64,000 nt of DNA. It comes from Acidobacteriota bacterium. Lineage in GTDB: Bacteria > Acidobacteriota > UBA890 > WLXD01. Under the pieces are notes generated by a model. It was not told the DNA's origin and searched no databases. It saw only the letters and a program-made list of their open reading frames with translations. Below, one piece after another: positions 41,818 to 51,685 of the stretch. A program made the position numbers and the translations under genes. Location of the stretch: the NCBI GenBank assembly GCA_963666055.2, contig CAXWPH010000015.1, positions 320,001 to 384,000 of the forward strand. The letters run 5' to 3'. Each line of letters begins with the position of its first letter. Position 1 is the first letter of the stretch.

Positions 41818-42537
41818 ATGGCGGGCGAAGACGAGAAGTTGTCGCGACGTGGGTTTCTCGGCGGGACTGCAGCGGCTGCCGTCGGCGGCCAGGCACTTGC
41901 AGCGTCGAGGCAGGACCAGTCGGCAGAAGAGCAAACGCCGCGTCTGGTCTCCTCGGTGACGATCCCGCCACAGTCGGGGCGCGGGGTGTTCCTGGAGCGC
42001 GATCAGTGGATCAAGGTGATCACTCCCGAGGGCACGCAGGTCTCAGATCTGTTCGCCTTCGTACGCCACGCACCGGACGAGTTTCTTTGCCCCCGAACCA
42101 CGATGACGCGTCAACGGCGCCTGTACCCGCAGGTCGGCGAGCCCTTCTACAGCAACAAGCGTCGAGCACTGCTGATGCTCGAGGAAGACACGGTCGGTGT
42201 GCACGATCTCTTCTATCCAGCTTGCGACGAGTACATGTATCGCGACTACTGGGGAGACGAGAATCATCCGAGTTGCCGCGGCAACCTGAACGCCGTGCTG
42301 AAAGAGCTGGGCTTCGAGCCCGGCGGCTACGCCGAGCCCCATAACCTGTTCCAGAACTCTCCAGCGATCGACATCGAAGGGAATCTAGAGATCCGCGAGT
42401 CGCCAGCGAAACCGGGAGACTACGTCTTGCTCAAGGCGCTCGATGACCTGCTGGTGGTTGCCACCTCGTGCTCTGTAGATCGCGGCGTGCTCAACGGCGA
42501 CCGGCCCAAGGAGATCCTCCTCGAGGTCTACGTGTGA
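41818..42537 (+). CDS. urea carboxylase-associated (DUF1989) protein with Tat signal
   Basis: SRRGFLG; GTQVSDL, HDLFYPAC, SCRGNL, NLFQN. Confidence 0.85.
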   Translation: MAGEDEKLSRRGFLGGTAAAAVGGQALAASRQDQSAEEQTPRLVSSVTIPPQSGRGVFLERDQWIKVITPEGTQVSDLFAFVRHAPDEFLCPRTTMTRQRRLYPQVGEPFYSNKRRALLMLEEDTVGVHDLFYPACDEYMYRDYWGDENHPSCRGNLNAVLKELGFEPGGYAEPHNLFQNSPAIDIEGNLEIRESPAKPGDYVLLKALDDLLVVATSCSVDRGVLNGDRPKEILLEVYV

Positions 42538-44480
42538 CGAGGCTGCGAGGCGCCACATCCGCCTCTGCCGCGGCGATCTGCCTGCTGCTACTCGCTGGCG
42601 TCAACGCCAGGGCGCTCACTGACGCGAGCCCACAGGAGCAGGACCGAGCAGCCTCCGGCCGCTTCACTCTGATCGACGCAACCATCCCCGAGCTGCAGCA
42701 GGCGATGGCGAGCGGAGCGGTCACCGCGGTCGACTTGGTCGACGCATATCTGGCACGCATCGAGGCCTACGATCAGGCCGGCCCGCGACTGAACGCGATC
42801 CTGCACCTCAACCCGAAGGCTCGCGAGCAGGCCGCGGCCCTCGACCAGGAGCGCCGCGCCCAAGGCCCCCGGGGACCGTTGCACGGCGTGCCGATCATCC
42901 TCAAGGACAACTACGACACCGCCGATATGCCCACCTCGGCCGGGTCAATAGCGCTGGCCGGTTTCACCCCGGCGGCCGACGCCTTCCAGGTGCGCAAGCT
43001 TCGTGAAGCAGGGGTTGTGATCCTCGCCAAGGCGAACATGGAAGAGCTGGCGATGGGCATCACGACGATCAGCTCGCTGGGCGGGCAAACGCGCAATCCG
43101 TACGATCCCCGCCGTAATCCCGGTGGCTCGAGCGGCGGCACCGGGGCGGCGGTCGCAGCCGGCTTCGCGGCCTTCGGCATGGGATCGGATACCTGCGGAT
43201 CGATTCGCATTCCGGCCTCACACAACAACCTCGTGGGCCTGCGACCCACCAAGGGGCTGTCGAGCATCGCCGGCATCGTTCCCCTCGCCCACACGCAGGA
43301 CGTCGGCGGGCCCCTGGCTCGTAGCGTCACCGATCTGGCCATCGTGCTCGATGCGACAATCGGGCCGGATCCCCAGGACCCGGCAACCGCGGTGCTGGAG
43401 GGCCGGGAGCTACCGCGCTTCGAGGTCGGGCTCGGCAGCGCGGCAATCGCCGGGATGCGCTTCGGCAAGCTCACCGCGCTGATCGAGCGGGATGTCGCGG
43501 AGAGCTCGGTTATCGATGTAATCGACGCCGCCTTCGAGCATCTGGAGGGGCAGGGGGCGGAGATCATCGATGTCCAGGTGCCGGGAATGCTGGACCTGAT
43601 AGAGAAGTCGGGCGTCATCCGCCACGAGTTCAAGTTCGATTTCATCGACTATCTCTCGACCCGTGCCGGCGCCCCGATCAGCTCACTGACAGAGATGCTC
43701 GAAGGCGGCCTGCATCATCAGGCGATGACGAGCCGCTTCGAAAACATCGACGAAGTAGAAGAGCGCGGCTCGGCGGAATACCTCGCCGCACTCAACTGGC
43801 GCGAGATCCTGAGAGATGCCGTCGTCCAGGTACTCGACGAGCACGAGCTGGACGCCATCGCGTATCCGACGATCGTCCAGCGCCCGAAGCATGTAGGGGA
43901 GCGCCAACCAGGCAGCAACTGCGCGCTGAGCGCGCAAAGCGGGCTGCCGGCGATCTCGATCCCTGCGGGCTTCACTGCCGACGGCCTCCCCGTGGGGCTG
44001 GAGCTCCTCGGCCGACCCTTCGACGACGTGGCGCTCGTAGCGCTGGCGTTCGCTTTCGAGCAGGGCACAAATCACCGAGTGTTGCCCTCCGTAACTCCGT
44101 CCTTGGTCAACGGGGCGGCGCCGCGACCGTTGTCGTTCGAGGTGTCCGTAACAGCCGAGCGCCAAGACGGCGGTGGAACTTCGACCGTCCGGGGTGCGAC
44201 GTTCATCCTGGATTCGACACGGAACCGACTCCGGTACACGCTGACCATCGCCGAAGGCGCGTTCGCGGAAGTGCTCGCGGTGACCCTTCACGTCGGAGAA
44301 GAGGGTCAGGGGCCCGCCATCGCCCGCCTCGCCGGGATCGGTGCCAAGCAAAGGGCCGGTGAGATCGAGTTGCGTCCCGCCGATCGGTGGGCGCTGGACA
44401 AGGGAGAGATCTACCTAAGGGTGTTCACGCGCGCTGATCCGCAAGGCACGCGGCGGGGGCGCCTCGTATTGCCGCGGTAG
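42534..44480 (+). CDS. amidase-signature enzyme with CHRD-like C-terminal domain
   Basis: GPLHGVPIILKDN, GGSSGG, GSDTCGSIRIPA. Confidence 0.9.
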   Translation: MTRLRGATSASAAAICLLLLAGVNARALTDASPQEQDRAASGRFTLIDATIPELQQAMASGAVTAVDLVDAYLARIEAYDQAGPRLNAILHLNPKAREQAAALDQERRAQGPRGPLHGVPIILKDNYDTADMPTSAGSIALAGFTPAADAFQVRKLREAGVVILAKANMEELAMGITTISSLGGQTRNPYDPRRNPGGSSGGTGAAVAAGFAAFGMGSDTCGSIRIPASHNNLVGLRPTKGLSSIAGIVPLAHTQDVGGPLARSVTDLAIVLDATIGPDPQDPATAVLEGRELPRFEVGLGSAAIAGMRFGKLTALIERDVAESSVIDVIDAAFEHLEGQGAEIIDVQVPGMLDLIEKSGVIRHEFKFDFIDYLSTRAGAPISSLTEMLEGGLHHQAMTSRFENIDEVEERGSAEYLAALNWREILRDAVVQVLDEHELDAIAYPTIVQRPKHVGERQPGSNCALSAQSGLPAISIPAGFTADGLPVGLELLGRPFDDVALVALAFAFEQGTNHRVLPSVTPSLVNGAAPRPLSFEVSVTAERQDGGGTSTVRGATFILDSTRNRLRYTLTIAEGAFAEVLAVTLHVGEEGQGPAIARLAGIGAKQRAGEIELRPADRWALDKGEIYLRVFTRADPQGTRRGRLVLPR

Positions 44481-44782
44481 CTACTTGGTGGCGAGGAACA
44501 TCTCGTGCGCCCCCGGTTCCACCTCGGAGTGCTCGAACGGCAGCACCGTGGTGCTGACGAAGCCGACGTCGGCCAGCATCGCCAGCCAGTCATCTCGCGC
44601 AAACAGGGCACGGATCGCACGGTCGTGTTCTACACGTACCGTGCCGTCGGCCGATCGAAGCATGTACGCCATGTCGTGCCTGTAACAGCTGTCGTCGGGG
44701 TCGGGGTCGGAAATCCACTCCAGGTAGCGCAACGCTCGCCCGCCGCCGTCGTGTCCGCCATGATCGGTCGAGGGACAGACCA
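44481..44782 (-). pseudogene. C-terminal fragment of a class I SAM methyltransferase
   Basis: DHGGHDGGGRALRYLEW..DPDPDD, LFARDDWLAML; SAM-binding N-terminus absent. Confidence 0.6.
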
Positions 44783-45232
44783 CTAGTCGTTTCGTTGGTT
44801 CGAGTTGTCCATGTCGGAGAAGATCAGCCAGCGTCCGTCGGGCCCCTTGTGGAGGGTGAGCGTGAACTTGCCGGCGTCGGGGCTTCCTTGCTCCTGGGTA
44901 TAACCCCCGATGATGTAGCCGAGCGAGCCGTCGACGTTATAGGCGATCGCCCGAAGGGACAGCGGCCCGCCGCCATCCCCGTAGTATGCGGCGATCGCCG
45001 CGCGGCCGCGCACCGGTGATCGTCCACCGGCGAGAACAAATCCGTTCTCCGCGAAGAGCGGGGCGAGCTCCCTTCCACCGATACGATAGGCCTTCTCGTA
45101 GTCGGTAAGCACCCTGGCCAGCTCCGGTGGGAGCTCGACGCTGGGGAGAGGAGACTTCGTTACGGGCTGTTGCGCAGCCGCCAACGAGGGCAGGACCACA
45201 GCCAGACCGAACGCGGCAATCAACGTGCGCAT
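44783..45232 (-). CDS. secreted DUF4440/SnoaL-like protein
   Basis: signal peptide; VRGRAAIAAYY, GKFTLTL, DGRWLIFSD. Confidence 0.8.
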   Translation of the reverse strand: MRTLIAAFGLAVVLPSLAAAQQPVTKSPLPSVELPPELARVLTDYEKAYRIGGRELAPLFAENGFVLAGGRSPVRGRAAIAAYYGDGGGPLSLRAIAYNVDGSLGYIIGGYTQEQGSPDAGKFTLTLHKGPDGRWLIFSDMDNSNQRND

Positions 45233-45258
45233 AATGTCCTCCAGCCTCCCGTCGCGGT

Positions 45259-45588
45259 CTAGCTGGCTGTGGGCTGCTCCAGCCTGTCGGCGATCCACTG
45301 ATTGATGCTCTTCCCATCGCGCCTCGCCTCCACATAGATGTGGCGATGGAGCTCCGACGACAGTCGCAGCATCAGCCGGCCCGAGAAAGGCTTGTCGGGC
45401 TCCTCATCTCGCTCCCTACAAAACTCGAGGTAGTCCTCGATGGACTCGCGAAACGCCTCCTCCAATTCATCTACGCTAGTCCCCTGAAACGTGATCACGT
45501 CCCGGGTGTCGAGGACTTCGCCATGAAACAAGCTCGCTTCACTATCGAACTCCACGTTGCCCGTGTAGCCCCGATACTCCAACATCAT
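45259..45588 (-). CDS. hicB: HicB family antitoxin
   Basis: YRGYTG, DVITFQG, FSGRLMLRLSSELH, SINQW. Confidence 0.93.
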   Translation of the reverse strand: MMLEYRGYTGNVEFDSEASLFHGEVLDTRDVITFQGTSVDELEEAFRESIEDYLEFCRERDEEPDKPFSGRLMLRLSSELHRHIYVEARRDGKSINQWIADRLEQPTAS

Positions 45589-45857
45589 TCACCGTCCTCT
45601 GGCACAACGTCCGCATTGACCAGGAAACGCCGCATGGAACGGAGCGCTCCCTTGTCCGTCTCCTTGCGCGGATGCGGCCGATGGAAAACGGCCCGAACGC
45701 CGTTGAGATAGATGCGGACCCGCGATCCCCGTCCCTCGCTCAGCTCTGCTCCAAGCGCATTTAGCAGTTTCTCCATCTCTGCCCATGACACGTTGGATCG
45801 AGCTGGAACTGCGAAGATCGCCACAAGCGTCTTCCGATGCTTGCTCGACACATTCAT
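45585..45857 (-). CDS. hicA: HicA family toxin
   Basis: EGRGSRVR, FHRPHP. Confidence 0.92.
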   Translation of the reverse strand: MNVSSKHRKTLVAIFAVPARSNVSWAEMEKLLNALGAELSEGRGSRVRIYLNGVRAVFHRPHPRKETDKGALRSMRRFLVNADVVPEDGE

Positions 45858-45878
45858 AGTGTCATATTATGACACTAT
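45856..45878. promoter_or_regulatory. perfect palindrome, probable HicB operator
   Basis: ATAGTGTCATA-T-TATGACACTAT overlapping the hicA start codon. Confidence 0.75.
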
Positions 45879-45898
45879 AGCATCAATCGACAGTACCG

Positions 45899-47152
45899 TC
45901 ACGCAATGAGCCGCCATCCCATCCAGCCGAAGAACGCGATGGCGGCCAGCAGCGCCACGACCGTGGGCTTCCTGTTGGCGAGGTCCCCCACCCACTCGCG
46001 CCGGCCATTGAGGATCAGCAGCACCAGCGCGAGCATCGGAATGAACATCGCCCCGATCACGGCGTAGAGTTTTTGCACCTCCCTGAAGCTCATCAGCAGG
46101 CCGAGCATCGGCACGATCGCCATTCCCAGCAGGTAGCCCCGGTAGGGGGCCGACCGGGTGTCGATCGCAACCCCTGGCTCTTGACTCCTGGCCGGGTCGG
46201 GACTGCGAATGAACAGACGCCAGAGATCAGCAAAGAGGTATGGTACCGACTGCCACACGCCCAGCAGGCTGCTGAACACCGCGCCAAACGCACCGATCAG
46301 GAATAGCCACCGCCCCCAGAGCCCCAGGGAGCCTTCGAGGCTGTCGGCGAGCGACACGAGCAGCCCGGCGCCCTGGCCCTCGATCCGTACCGTGGTGCCG
46401 ATGATCACCATGGCAATCCCGAAGAGGATGGTCAGGGTGTACGCCACCCCGAGATCGATGCGGCAAGTGGCAAGGTCGCCCGGCCCCAATCGTCCCTTCT
46501 CACGGATCCAGTAGCCATAGCACAGCACGGTCAACGTCCCGCCGACGCCGCCGATCAACGCCACTGTCCAAGTAATGCCCTCCCCGCCCGCGGCGGGGAT
46601 CGTGGGAACGAACAACCCACGTAGCACCTCCCCCGCCCCCGGAGACAGCAGAGCCCCAGTCAACAGGACGGTGCCGAACATCACCGCGATGCAGACGCTC
46701 ATCACCTTCTCGAACAGCAGGAATCCGCCCGCCCACACCAGCGCCAGCCCGGTCAGGCTCGACAGAATTCCGAAGACGATCTTGCCGTCGGCCGGGTCGC
46801 CGAATATCGGCACCATGGCGTGAAGCGTGACGCCGCAGGCGCTCATCAACGCCGAGCCGACGAAGAACGACCACAAGAGCAGGTAGGGCAGGAACAGCCA
46901 GCCCACAGCTCGACCCAGTCGACTGGCAATCCCTTCGAGGAGTGTCTGGCCGGTGGCCAGCTGCCACCGCGTCAGCCCCTCGTTGAGCAGGAACTTGAGA
47001 AACCCGCCGACCACGACGGCCCAGAGCACCGCCGTCCCGAGCTGACTACCCGTGAAGCTCGCGGTGGCAAGATCGCCGGCCCCGACACCGGTGGCGGCCA
47101 CCAGCAGCCCGGGCCCGATGACCACGAACAAGCTCCGCAGATTCCAGTTCAC
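45899..47152 (-). CDS. Nramp-family divalent metal transporter-like protein
   Basis: GPGLLVAATGVGAGDL; multiple TM segments. Confidence 0.88.
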   Translation of the reverse strand: MNWNLRSLFVVIGPGLLVAATGVGAGDLATASFTGSQLGTAVLWAVVVGGFLKFLLNEGLTRWQLATGQTLLEGIASRLGRAVGWLFLPYLLLWSFFVGSALMSACGVTLHAMVPIFGDPADGKIVFGILSSLTGLALVWAGGFLLFEKVMSVCIAVMFGTVLLTGALLSPGAGEVLRGLFVPTIPAAGGEGITWTVALIGGVGGTLTVLCYGYWIREKGRLGPGDLATCRIDLGVAYTLTILFGIAMVIIGTTVRIEGQGAGLLVSLADSLEGSLGLWGRWLFLIGAFGAVFSSLLGVWQSVPYLFADLWRLFIRSPDPARSQEPGVAIDTRSAPYRGYLLGMAIVPMLGLLMSFREVQKLYAVIGAMFIPMLALVLLILNGRREWVGDLANRKPTVVALLAAIAFFGWMGWRLIA

Positions 47153-47219
47153 GGGGATCTATTCTATAGAGCCTCGAGAAACTGACCGATTCTCTTCCCG
47201 GTCAGATAGAAGCCGGCCA

Positions 47220-48110
47220 GTCTCTTGTCTCCGGATACCAAGGTGGGGATTGCGCCGACGCCATCTTCGAGCCTCACCCTACCGACGTATGTGGCTGCCG
47301 AAGACGCGGCGCTCGACAGCCTCGACGATCTGTTGTCCGTTGGAGCTGTTGGTCAACAGCGCGTACCCGAGGTTCTCCTCGACCCCGTACATGAAATCCG
47401 CAATGAAGATCACGTTGTTGCCGCCGTGGTAGACGTATCAGCGTGACCCATCCGTCACGATGCCCAGACCCAGTCCCCAGCTCAGCTCCCGGTCGCCATC
47501 CGTCTCGACACTCACGGCGGGATTCGCGAGCGCGGAGTAAGGCCCGCCGGAGCGAATCTCCGAAGCCAGATGCGCCCCGAACGCGGCGAGATCTGCGGCT
47601 GTCGTGTGCAGGGTCGAGCTGGAGAGCGGCACATGAAGCTCCCACTTGTCTGGGCTGCCCTCAGCATCGTGACCGAGTGAGTAGTTGCGCCGCATCTCGG
47701 TGTCGAGCAGGAAGCTGCTGCGGGTCATTCCCAGCGACTCGAAGACCCTTCCGTCGCCAACTCATTCAGGCTCCTGCCGGTCATCTCTTCCACGATCCGC
47801 TGCAGGAGAACGTAGCCCTCGCCGGAATAGCGGTACTCGGTGCCCGGGTCGACGACGAACTCGAGCCTGTCGTCGGGCGCAAAGAGCTCGGAGTAGCTTC
47901 CGGCGGCGAGATTCAAACGGCTGCGCCAATTGGGCAGCCCGCCGCGATGCGTCAGCAGGATCCGCGCGGTCAGGCTTGCGGCGCGCGCGTCGTGGGCGAG
48001 CTCCGGAATCTCTGGCACCAGCGCGTCGCCACGCAGTGTCAGCGCGGTACCGTCATCGAAGGCACCCAGTAGTCAGGCGCGAGAATCGACACCTTGGAAC
48101 CGAAGCGATC
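47220..48110 (-). pseudogene. serine hydrolase (beta-lactamase-like) pseudogene
   Basis: ILLTHRGGLPNW, PGTEYRYSGEGYVLLQ, HGGN spread over several frames. Confidence 0.75.
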
Positions 48111-48152
48111 GAGGTTGAGCGTCAGCGACGATGAGCGCGCCGTGGGTGGCGC

Positions 48153-48848
48153 TCAACGCTCGGCGTCGGCGACGCCCCCCGTTTCGAGCGCAGCGGCCGC
48201 AAGCGCCTTGACCGCGAACGTCGTGCCGGCGTGCGTCAGGAAGTTCGAGGTTGTGAAGCTATTGCGTATGGACTGGGTCCACCAGTAGCCACCGGCACGC
48301 TGGTTCGTCTTCAACCAGCCGACGCCGCGTTGGATCGCCGCGTGCGACGCCGGAACTCCGGCCTGTCGCAGAACGTATATGACGAAGCCGGTGCCGTAGC
48401 CATCACTTTCGACAGTCACCGGGGGATCGGATTCGAGTCCCTTGCGCATCCGCCATACGCCGAGCTTTCCCGAGGCCCAACCACCGTCTTCACGCTGCAG
48501 ACCGAGAAGCTCGTCGATCCAGCGTTGGCGATCAGCGTCGCTGACCAGCCCCTCGTTGACACTGCCGGCCCATAGCAGCATGCCGCGGTTGTGGGCGATT
48601 TCGGGCGGGTTCGCGGCGATGTAGGCGCGAATCCTGCGCATCCCCTGCACAGCAGCATCGGTGCTGGGGTAGTCGCCCGGAGCCATGCCGGTGGCGATCG
48701 CCATCAGCGTGACGGCGAAGTGGAAATCGGACTCGAACGGTGGCCAGTTGCTTACCGTCCAATCGGCCCAATGGCCGCCTTCGTCCTGTAGCGACCAGGC
48801 GTGGTCGTCTTGTCGGATGCAGCAACCGCGCACTTGGTGCCACGCCAC
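48153..48848 (-). pseudogene. prenyltransferase/squalene cyclase-like repeat protein, N-terminus degenerate
   Basis: QW repeats LQREDGGW, NQRAGGYW; SDGYGTG. Confidence 0.7.
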
Positions 48849-48948
48849 CGTACCATGTCGCCTGCGCTAGCGACCGATTCCAGGCGGATCCCTCACGGCA
48901 TCTACAACCAGGGACCGACCTCGTCAGCGTCTCGCACGCACGGATCGC

Positions 48949-50202
48949 TCAGAAGGTGTCCTCCTTGAGCTTGAACGTGTCGGCCAAGTCCGGGTTGCGA
49001 TCGTCGCCCACGACACGATGGGCCACGTACTCGCCCAGCATGATGCCGTGCTTATAGCCATGGCCTGAGCCACCGCCGACGATCCAGACGTTGTCCATCT
49101 CCGGGTGGCGGTCGACGATGAAGTGATCATCGACGCTGTTCTCCAACTGGCACACCCGCGACTCGAGCACTGGCTGGTGCGCGAGAGCCGGGAAGGCGCG
49201 CGCCACGAACTGGCGCGCCTTCTCGATCTCCTCGGAGGTCACGATCCGCTCGCCGGTATCCGGATCGAACGAGATGCTGTCGAAATAGGGCCGCACCTTC
49301 CAGCCGCGGCCCTCGATGCTCGGGAAGCCGTAGGCGCGCTGCATCTCCCACGTCGGACAGTTGGGGTAGATGAACCGGTTGTCGTCGGTCGGCACGCCAT
49401 ACCAGAAGGTGATTCCGCGCGGAGTCTGGAGCTTGTTCTGCATCACGGAGGGAAACACCTTCGGCAGCCATGGGCCGCACGCGAAGACGAACGTGTCAGC
49501 CGACACCGGCTCGCCGGTCGAGAGCTCGAGCTCCAGTAGCTTCCCTCCGGCATGCTGCCCGGGCTTCGCCCTGGCGGTGACCAGCGTGCCGCCCTTACGC
49601 TCGAAGGCACCAGCGACGGCGAAGCAGGCACGTCGCGCCATGAGGACACCGGTGCTGGGCACAGAGAACCCGAATTCGAACTCCTGGTGGTTGAACTGAG
49701 GATAGCGCCGCGACAGCTCGTTGTGAGGCACGACTTCGTTGTCGATCCCGTGTCGATCGAGCACTTCCTTGGAGGCCCGCAGGTACGCGGACCATTGGCG
49801 CGCGAGAGTGAGCTGACCCGTACGGTAAAAGAGCGGCCGTCCACCCCACTCTCTCTGGCGCGCTTCCCAACGGTCGAACGCCTGCACGACCCAACGGGTG
49901 TAGATCTCGCGTTCGCCATATTGGGTGCGGATCTGCCGAGTCTCTCCGCCGGAGGCCGCCCTTGCGTTGCCGGCGCCGTAGGCGTCGATGAGGGTGACCC
50001 GGTGCCCCATCTCTCGCAGATAAAGGGCTGTCCAACCGCCGAACGCTCCTGCCCCGATGACCGCTACGTCCGCCGTCGATGCGGCCGCCGGTCCGGACGC
50101 GTGCACCGCGGTGGCCGCCGCCTGCAGTTCTTTGGTGGTGCCCAACGCCAGCGCACCAGCCCCGGTCAGCTTGAGGAACGTGCGTCGGTCATGCCGCGAC
50201 AT
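48949..50202 (-). CDS. FAD-dependent oxidoreductase (sarcosine oxidase-like) with Tat signal
   Basis: DRRTFLK; GAGAFG, ASGGETRQIR, GGGSGHGYKHG. Confidence 0.9.
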   Translation of the reverse strand: MSRHDRRTFLKLTGAGALALGTTKELQAAATAVHASGPAAASTADVAVIGAGAFGGWTALYLREMGHRVTLIDAYGAGNARAASGGETRQIRTQYGEREIYTRWVVQAFDRWEARQREWGGRPLFYRTGQLTLARQWSAYLRASKEVLDRHGIDNEVVPHNELSRRYPQFNHQEFEFGFSVPSTGVLMARRACFAVAGAFERKGGTLVTARAKPGQHAGGKLLELELSTGEPVSADTFVFACGPWLPKVFPSVMQNKLQTPRGITFWYGVPTDDNRFIYPNCPTWEMQRAYGFPSIEGRGWKVRPYFDSISFDPDTGERIVTSEEIEKARQFVARAFPALAHQPVLESRVCQLENSVDDHFIVDRHPEMDNVWIVGGGSGHGYKHGIMLGEYVAHRVVGDDRNPDLADTFKLKEDTF

Positions 50203-50262
50203 GGCGCCACTCCAAGGTTGGTATTGTGGCCCGGCTGCTTACCGGGCTCCCTCGGCCCGCAG

Positions 50263-50296
50263 CTAGCAGGCCGTGGTGAAAGTGTGGTGGGCCTGG
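50263..50296. repeat. solo end of the CTAG MITE
   Basis: CTAGCAGGCCGTGGTGAAAGTGTGGTGGG identical to the terminus at 57398. Confidence 0.85.
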
Positions 50297-51427
50297 CTAC
50301 CTGTGCTCCTCGCTTGTCTCCTGATAGCGCGCGCCGCTCAGGGTGTTAGAGAGCGAGTAGTTCCCCTCGTGACACGCATACTCGTAGAGCAGGTCGTCGA
50401 GGCGCTCGAACGGAACCTCCCCTCCCCAGGTGCTCGCATACATCGTCGGGTCGTCGATGGTGAACTCGTAGTGAATGGTCGCCTCATCGACTCGGGTAAA
50501 GCGCTCGACCACCTTGCGATCTGCCGAGGGAGGGACACCGCGGAGCGGGTGGTCGGGATTCAAGTTGGTGGTCTCGACAACGAGCGTGTCCCCCTCCCAA
50601 CGACCCCACGAGTCACCGAACCAGGGACGAATGTCGTTCGGCAGCGGTACGGGATCACCTAGCCGGATGATCCGGACGTCGTGCACCATCTCGGTCATGA
50701 TCATCACGTGATCGGCCGTCTGCACGATCGTGTAGTTGTTGAGGTAGAAGTAGTTGGGGAGCATCGGCGGACCGGCGTTGGAGCCGAACGATACGAGCCA
50801 ACGGTCCTCCAGCGGTAGAAGCTCGGGATGATCGTACGGGCCGAACTCGCTCTTGAGCTCGGCAAGCACCTCGATCCGCCGACGTCCCTCCGGCGTCAGC
50901 TCCGGCACGCGGCCATCCGCTGGATTCGTCACCAGCGAGCTCCTGGGCACGCCATTGACGACCGCCACGCGGTCACCGGCCTCGCTCCGCGCAGCGCCCT
51001 TGGCGAGTCCAACCTCTTCTCCAAAACGTCTCCAATAGCCGTCGTCAGTCAGCACCTCCGGGCGATCGCGGGGCGCCTGACCCTCCTCGATCTCCGCAAC
51101 CTGTTCCGGGCTGAGAACGGGCCCCAGACCCTCCGGGCGCTGCACGGGGGTGAGCGTGGCGTTGGTCCAGTTCCCCTGGAGATCCGGGTGGCCGTGCGGT
51201 GTCCTCGGCACCTGCCACACCGCGGCGTCGGAAGCAGCGCTCTGCGCCGCCGCGGTCGACCACAGCGTCGCCGCCGACAACGCGATCACTGCAACAGCCA
51301 TGGCGCATCGCCTGAGCGTCAGCGAGGTGCAGAGATTCATCTTCATCTTTACCCGGCATTCCCCAGATGACCCTTGTCGAATCACGTTCTTGGCTTGACC
51401 AGTATCGGGACGCCTGAATTCAAACAC
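50297..51427 (-). CDS. secreted hypothetical protein of a conserved family
   Basis: PRTPHGHPDLQGNW, GDSWGRWEGDTLVVET, YEYACHEGN; start uncertain. Confidence 0.8.
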   Translation of the reverse strand: MFEFRRPDTGQAKNVIRQGSSGECRVKMKMNLCTSLTLRRCAMAVAVIALSAATLWSTAAAQSAASDAAVWQVPRTPHGHPDLQGNWTNATLTPVQRPEGLGPVLSPEQVAEIEEGQAPRDRPEVLTDDGYWRRFGEEVGLAKGAARSEAGDRVAVVNGVPRSSLVTNPADGRVPELTPEGRRRIEVLAELKSEFGPYDHPELLPLEDRWLVSFGSNAGPPMLPNYFYLNNYTIVQTADHVMIMTEMVHDVRIIRLGDPVPLPNDIRPWFGDSWGRWEGDTLVVETTNLNPDHPLRGVPPSADRKVVERFTRVDEATIHYEFTIDDPTMYASTWGGEVPFERLDDLLYEYACHEGNYSLSNTLSGARYQETSEEHR

Positions 51428-51685
51428 CGATTGTTGGGCTCCTCAAGAGATTCGCAGCGCGAACGATACCACCCACCAAGAGCGGTATTCTCTTGTCCTC
51501 GAGCGGTTACGAGGTGCTGGCTTCCTGTCCGCACAGGCTTCTGCTGTAACCGGGATCAAAGATCCATTTGGGAAATCCGGGCTAATATCTGGGAGGATCC
51601 CCACCGGCCGCGCCGCGTCCACGCAAGGCGGCCCGCACCGCGCGGTCGATCCCCCCGCGACCCGTGACGATGGAGGCGAGTAAGG

